Assembly: GCF_006345805.1 (NCBI RefSeq)
Contig: NW_021833332.1
Coordinates: 1 to 27,354, forward strand
Direction of reading: 5' to 3'
DNA length: 27,354 nt
DNA from: Octopus sinensis
Taxonomy: Eukaryota
In this document: positions 21,221 to 27,354 of the stretch, piece by piece
Layout of the letters: the number at the start of each line of letters is the position of its first letter
Numbering within the stretch: the first letter of the stretch is position 1
Notes under the pieces: model-generated
Seen by the model: the letters and a program-made list of their open reading frames with translations, nothing else
The model's database searches: none
Told to the model about the DNA's origin: nothing
Translations under genes and position numbers: made by a program

Positions 21221-22750
21221 TTAATTAGGATTGTCCGGTGGAGGGGGACCCTCCACCTTTTTTTATCCAGGGTCGGAGGTGGACGGTCTTGGGAAATAGA
21301 TTTGTCAAAATCCCGTCTCACCACCGACACAGAATTATCAGGTGGAGGGGGAATCTCCACCTTTTCCTTTTCTCGCGGGATCGGAGCTGGTAATCCATGA
21401 AATATCGACTTGTTAAAATCTAATCTCAATGAAGATACAGTCTTTCTGTACTTATTTTGTAGAATTCTATAAGTCTTATTTGAGACTTCATATATGTCGT
21501 AATTGATAAATTCCTCTGAAAGGTTATCAATTTTTTTTACAGTCTTTATGAGTTGAATGTCTCTCATGAGCTCAGTATCTTTAGTGTATACGGCTATTAT
21601 GCCTTTTTCTTCTTTTTCTCTTCTGGCAGTCTTTTTTGGTCGTTGTTCTGTAGTAGTCGCCGCTCTCGGCTGGGTTGCTGGTTGTATTTTTCTTTTGTTT
21701 GTTGTTTTTTTCTCATCTGTTTCTTCTTTATCTTCTTCCTCTTTGTCTTTTTTCTCCTCTTCCTCCTCTTCTTCATTTTCCTTGCAGTTCCTTCGAATGT
21801 GGCCTAATTGACCACATAAAAAACATCGAGGTTTTCGGCCCTCAACAAACACCACGAGGTTCTCCTCCCCTACCTCAATTGTCTCAGGAATTGTTTGAAT
21901 TATTTTAGGGTCCGCTTGAATGAGAAGATTAATTGTTTTACCATCCCAGCGTGGGTTTTCCGTAGCGGTAGCCTGGAGGAGAGTAATTTTTTCTACCTCT
22001 TTGATTAGGACTGCCGCCAACAACCACATAGGTTCGACCTCTGGCGGGACCCTTGTAATTTTTATTCGCGACGTCCTCATCCCCATATAATAGGGTATTA
22101 ACTCCACGTCGTTCGTTTTCAACGTTTCCACTGAGTTCTTGTGTGCTATTTCTTTATTGGTGAACCTTACTTCCACCGTTCCGAATTTTTTTCCTCTTCT
22201 CAGAAATACTACGTCGCCCAATATTGGCTTTAAGCACTTTTCTATTTTCTCTTCTGACATTCTTTCAATTTTTCTATTTTGTAGACAATATGTTTTGAAA
22301 ATTATTGTTTTTTGCTTTTCTTCCTGTAATAACTTTTGCGGAGGTTCAATTTTCACACTGTTGTCATTTATTTCCATCATTTTGCTGTATTTCATAATTT
22401 CGCTTTATTATCGTCGACAGTATCTGGGTTCCACCCCCAGCAGCCAACGCAAAACTTTTTTTTCCATTTTTTGGTTCTATCTGGATGCTAGGCACATCAA
22501 TTATTCTCTTCGACACAATGCCTTTGTTCTCTGGCAAAGTCGGAAACTCTTCTGGTGAAAGTTCTGACGAGCTCTCAGACACATCTCCAAAAATATCAAA
22601 TATATTATCCTCTCTGCTATTCCTTCTTGTAGCGGGGGAAACCCCTATTTCCTTGTCTGTAGTTGGCTCCTCGCCGGACATGTATTTCCTCCTCTCAACA
22701 GGAGAAACAAGTATTTCTGCTCCAACGGTAGGCTCCATGCTAGACGACAT
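21221..22750 (-). CDS. ORF1: gag-like nucleic-acid-binding protein (RRM-like region, single CCHC; two frameshifts)
   Basis: ATG at 22750 (MSSSMEP...KKSFALAA) joins by frameshift to the 419-aa ORF containing CFLCGQLGHIRRNC. The restored C-terminus KKVEGPPPPDNPN* ends at TAA 21221, just before the ORF2 ATG at 21209. Confidence 0.85.
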
Positions 22751-22920
22751 TCTTCCCCCCAAAGGGGGAATGAACAACGCGTGCTACCACAAGCACTAAG
22801 TGTTTTCAATTGAAAACTCCAACAGTTAAGTTATTCAACAGTTTAACAAGAAACAACAGTTGTTAACAATATTAACACCACGAAACAGCAATTCTTACTT
22901 CACGAACACATGTGCGGCAG

Positions 22921-22976
22921 CCGAAATACCGCTAAGCATTTCGCCCGACGTGCTAACGCATGTGCCAGCTCGCCGC
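22921..22976 (-). mobile_element. 5' half (box A side) of the family-4 SINE interrupted by the Tx1 element
   Basis: CCGAAATACCGCTAAGCATTTCGCCCGACGTGCTAACGCATGTGCCAGCTCGCCGC; collinear with the intact copies at 23016-23202 and 15220-15408. Confidence 0.85.
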
Positions 22977-23015
22977 TTTCTGCTATTTAATAATAAAAAT
23001 TTCAAATTTTTGCAC

Positions 23016-23202
23016 AAGGCCAGCAAATTCGTGGGATGGGTAAGTCGATTAAATCGACCCAGTTCTCAGCTGGTACTTATTTTATCGACCTTGACATGAT
23101 GAAAGGTAAGTCAATGTTGGCAGAATTTGAACTCAGAACGTAAGGACGGGCGGAACCCTACTAAGCATTTCACAGGGTGTACTAACGGTTGTCATCTCAC
23201 CG
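23016..23202 (-). mobile_element. tRNA-derived SINE, family 4
   Basis: GGTACTTATTTTATCGACC...GGCAGAATTTGAACTCAGAACGTAAGGACGG...CTAAGCATTTC. Confidence 0.8.
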
Positions 23203-23234
23203 AATTTTTGTATTAATATCACTACTGGCGTAAA

Positions 23235-23445
23235 GGTTACAGGCGAGCAGATTCGTTAGCACGCTTGGCAAATACTTTGCGGCATTTCGTCTGATTTTTA
23301 CGTTCTGAGTTCAACTTCCGCTGAGATTTACATTGGCTTTCATTCTCTTGGATTCGATAAAATAGACAGCACTTGAGTACTGGGGGCCGATGTAATCGAC
23401 TTAACCTCTCCCTCGAAATTTCTGGCCCGGTACCAAAATTTAAAA
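23235..23445 (+). mobile_element. tRNA-derived SINE, family 4 (head-to-head with the previous copy)
   Basis: GATTCGTTAGCACGC...GGCATTTCGTC...TACGTTCTGAGTTCAAC...GATGTAATCGACTTAAC. Confidence 0.8.
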
Positions 23446-24050
23446 TCAATATTACTGCTGAAGTTGGATTCAAAACCCATCGAGTTCGACTTTGCCTTTC
23501 ATCTTTTCAGGGCTCAATAAGTACCTATCTAGGAGTGAGGTCAACTTACTCCTTCCTCCGAAACTGTTCATCTTATGCAAAAATTTGAAACCAATGTAGG
23601 TGGTGGTGTTCTGACATTGTTCTGTGCTATTTATATTATTTCTATCATTAATCGTTTATTTGGAGGGGAATTCTGTAAAGGATGAATGTATTATTTACTA
23701 AGTTTTCAAATCTAGTTTTGTTTTATGTGGTGTAGTTCCAACTGCAGTGTGAACAAACAGAACTGCGCCTTATTTCTACAGCCAAAGTGAATGTTAGGGT
23801 TCTTTAGTTAACAACTGTTCCAGATGATGTGACTGTAAGGGTCTATAAACGTCCTTGAGTTTGGCAACTTTGCTGTTTTAGACTATCTGTGGGGAATGCA
23901 AAGGAAAATTTGTAACAATACTATTAAGATATAAATTAAGATATAAAACTAGAACGCAGGTGTTTTTAATGCATGTTAAAAGAAAACTTTATCATCATAC
24001 ATACAGAAAATATGTATAACTGTATATATCCTTATGTATTCTCTCTCTCT

Positions 24051-24091
<41 letters not shown>

Positions 24092-24102
24092 CACACATAC
24101 AC

Positions 24103-24144
<42 letters not shown>

Positions 24145-24438
24145 CGATTTACTTCTAGACGTGAGACGTTTTAAAGAAAGTGAAAAGAGAGAGGAAATTT
24201 AAGTGCGAGCAGCAAGTTCTCGGGCAAATATTTCCTTTTAGAGATATCCAGACATACCCCACAGCTTCATTACCTACATGCTTCCTTGTCTGGTTGATTC
24301 ATTGAATGATTGATAGATTGAATGATCGGTTGATTGGTTGATTAACAAATCAATAGTTAAAGAGACAGAATTATCGAGCGGTTTTGTAGAAATAGATAGA
24401 CAGAGAGACAGACAGACAGACAGACAGATAGATAAATT

Positions 24439-24482
<44 letters not shown>

Positions 24483-25219
24483 TGCCGGTGTAAGTTTAGA
24501 ATAACAGAATGTGTGGAAGAATGCATACGTGAGATGGACAGATATGTATTAAACGAGAATCAAATGAAAGAGAAAGCGAGAGATTACTGTAAATAAGCTT
24601 CTCTGGGATTTAGCATGAATCGCACTAGATAATAAATATGAACTGTGAAGTAAGTCTTGTCTTCTCCGTTGACTGAAATAACCAAAGAACAAGTCAGTAA
24701 GACTGCACTTACGGATTTTGCCTGTTTCAAATCACAGTGCTGCCTGAAGACAAACTGGAATTTGAGTAATGCTTCCAACGCAATAAACATTGCTTGCGAG
24801 AAAGAATTCAGATATCAAATTTCGCTCTTTTCTATTTTGTCCTTTTCACCCCAATGACTGTAGTAAGTCAGTTAAGCTGCAAGTTCTATGTGAAAAGTAA
24901 AAGCTTCCGGCTAACAAGTTGAGTCTGCGAATCGGTTTCAATTTCGTCCTTCAAGTATTTCTCTTCACTTCTATCAGTAATGTCTTTTAAAAACAAGCAC
25001 ATGAACTTTAGACAATCCCGGAATTTTATCCCCCTCTTTTATCAATTAGTAGTCTGTTAACTAAGAAATGTATAATAATATTTCGCATATTAAAAATTAT
25101 TGATGCTCTTCCCGTCATTGATCTTCCCGTGATAAGTTTGTCCTCTACGAAAAACAAGTGGTTGATTAATTCCAAGTTCACTCCGAGAATATTATGCTCA
25201 ATACTTTTAGCGGGCCTTA

Positions 25220-25370
25220 TCTTTTCTCTTTCACTTGTTTCAGTCATTGGCTTGCGGTCATGCTGGGCACTACCTTTAAAACATTTAGTCGAACAAGTTG
25301 ACTCGAACATTTATGTTTGTTAAAGAACTGCTAGGTTATGAGGACGTAAACAAACTAACAGGACCCGAAA
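25220..25370 (-). mobile_element. Degraded 3' fragment of a family-1 SINE
   Basis: CTTGTTTCAGTCATTGGCTTGCGGTCATGCTGGGCAC...CTGCTAGGTTATGAGGACGTAAACAAAC. Confidence 0.7.
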
Positions 25371-26284
25371 CAAGGTGCTTTCAAAACGAGATTCATACCC
25401 GCACACACATCTGTGCCTACTGGAGAAGTATGAAGGCCAGGTTTCCCCCACTTTTACCTAGTCTTTTATTTTTAATGAGTTGCGTAAAACATTCACACAA
25501 AAAAAGTGTTTAAAATAACTCATCCATCATTCTTCTCCCGATACGAAAGCCACCATATTAAAACGTATGGAAACACAATTTACATTTACATGAGAAATGA
25601 TATTTCACTTAAGGATTCATGCCTGGTTGAATTTGAAATATATTTCTTGAATGAAACACAGTTTGACAGTGATCAGTAGTCGAGACTTTTCCTGCTCCAT
25701 TTTGGAACCTAATAATGTTAAAGAGTCAATTCAAAAGGGAATGAGATGACCGAGTCGATAGGATATGGGTGTAAATACTTTATTGCAATTGGAACGACAA
25801 CTTGTTGTTTTATATGTAAATGTTGCCAGTTACAATGTTTATTTTTAATGTTTCGTAGCATGACTAATTCAGTTATTACTTTGGTAGAAATATTGCATTT
25901 AAACTTGTACTAAATACTTTGTTTACTTTTATGCTTGAATTAAGAGGTCTGCGAAAATTTGCATCAGATTCTGTTCGTGGGTAGACATAAAACACGAAAA
26001 TACTAAGCCATTAAAACAAGCAAATTCAAAATAGTATTGCTCAGTAAGGTATATTTAAAAGCTAATGAGAGGAGGTTAAAATACATGTCAATGTGCTGTA
26101 TCCTTCGCTTAAAAAGGTTATTGTCCATGAATTAAATTATATCAAAATTGGATGCATTTTGACATGTATTTTCCAAATAATTCAAGCATTTTCTTCGTTT
26201 AACTTTTCAGCTGAGTGCTATCCTGTCTTTTCACTATCTTATATCCCTATGTTCCTTATCTTACGAAGTTTCTGTTGTCACAAC

Positions 26285-26524
26285 CCAATAGTTCCACAGA
26301 GAGTTATCTTCCACTCCTTCCAATTTGGTACTGATACCACTCGTTAAAATGTTCTTGGAAACCATATATTCAAGTAAAGCCTTGCAAGCTCCCCAAGTAG
26401 TAAGATTAGAAAGGCCAAGTATTTTATGGTCACTTCTTGTAATGTTTTACTCTTTATCAGATGACGTCCATAACATTCAGTATCTCCTGTTCCGAACATC
26501 TTCGAGGATCTGAAGAACATTAAT
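26285..26524 (-). pseudogene. Possible relic of a pogo/Tigger-like DDE transposase C-terminus
   Basis: One frame with stops reads ...NITRSDHKILGLSNLTTW...EYMVSKNILTSGISTKLEGVEDNSLW, resembling the pogo-family tail K.F..CGIS..LDG.ED..LW. No TIRs found. Confidence 0.4.
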
Positions 26525-27354
26525 CAAAATACAACAGATTACAGGCAGATAAATATTCGTATCTTTCCAATGTTACAGGCGGATGAATTTTCGTACCTTT
26601 ACAGTGTTTCACTGGTTCAATAAGGTGAGCTCTACACTAGTCCTAAGCCGGCATTTCAAGTTTATTTTAAAATACTTCAAGCCGAATATTTCGTATTTCT
26701 TTCAGTCGTAATTATATTCTATGCCAAATCATTGATCAGTCTTTAATGTAGAAGTAAACGATTATTCTTAAAACTTTTTTAACTTTTGGGAATTTACTTC
26801 CTTTCAAAACCATAGGATATAGTTTGATTCTATCAGCCAAACAACACAGAATGTTTTGTTTTCGCATGTCCTGTTTTCTGACGTAGAGAATTTTATTTCT
26901 TGTCTTATCTAATATCGGGGAAAAAAAAACAATGGCTCCCATTTATGTGTTGAATTTGATTGAATATCCTCAGAGAAAAACGTTTAAAATGTTTTCTCAC
27001 GTAGAGCGCACTAGAACGCATTGTAGCAAATTGGGGTTTTTTTTTAAAAACACTGCAAATTTGAAAGGTTGATTAACTCCATATTTTTGCAATATGACAC
27101 TCTTTTTCGAGTCTTCCACTCATTAAGCCAAGTTTTGTTTTCCTTTTCTAGGTAATGTAACTACTCTCCGATTAGAAATTAGAAATATTTACAATTTTGT
27201 TTTTTATCCTTATGTCGAGAAGAACGACAGTACCCATGAACATTTGAAGAGACTTCCATGCTGAAATGAAGAGAGAGTATATAGCAACAGTATCATTACA
27301 TGGTATGACAGACTGCAAAAACCATATAACGTTCAAATTTTATATACACACCTC

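Larger units (their letters stand above)
17585..22920 (-). mobile_element. Full-length Tx1/L1-clade non-LTR retrotransposon (5336 bp)
   Basis: 5' UTR, ORF1, ORF2, 3' UTR, AATAAA at 17591-17596; TSD CCAAAATACC (17575-17584) / CCGAAATACC (22921-22930). The 5' boundary is uncertain by about 10 nt. Confidence 0.92.

Noticed and set aside
22364-22777. 137-aa ORF as a separate upstream gene (ORF0)
   Set aside because: It contains the SFALAA motif equivalent to SYAAA at the ORF1 N-terminus of the related element, and it overlaps ORF1 by a frameshift. It is best read as the ORF1 N-terminus.
24584-24857. Overlapping 66-68 aa ORFs in apparently unique sequence
   Set aside because: Short, with no domain motif or convincing splice boundaries.
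25845-25885. CUGAAU-UAG..CUA-C-GAAAC motif on the minus strand
   Set aside because: It lacks the GA of CUGANGA and has no valid helix III, so it is too degenerate to call.
1-27354. CRISPR arrays or prokaryotic systems
   Set aside because: There are no regularly spaced repeats with unique spacers and no operon-like gene density; the sequence is eukaryotic repeat-rich DNA.

Overview
AT-rich, microsatellite-dense, non-coding animal DNA. The repeat families resemble Octopus/coleoid cephalopod SINEs (an inference; the species cannot be proven from the window). No host gene can be supported. The window is a retroelement graveyard containing: (i) a full-length 5.3-kb Tx1/L1-clade LINE on the minus strand (17585-22920) with ORF1 (RRM-like region plus CCHC), ORF2 (APE-RT-CCHC) and a ~10-bp TSD, inserted between the A and B boxes of a tRNA-derived SINE; (ii) a related 1.8-kb element carrying only ORF1 (HAL1/'half-L1'-like, 10736-12524), abutting a third Tx1-type 3' end; (iii) R4/Dong-clade (RLE) and RTE-clade LINE fragments; (iv) at least four tRNA-SINE families; (v) a complete 398-bp non-autonomous Helitron and a possible pogo-like relic. 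Two non-coding motifs stand out: a structurally complete type I hammerhead ribozyme on the minus strand (1977-2071) and a decayed Penelope-type minimal hammerhead (3252-3281). There is also a 25-bp-stem pre-miRNA-like hairpin (854-923). All calls come from reading the sequence by eye; no database search was run.
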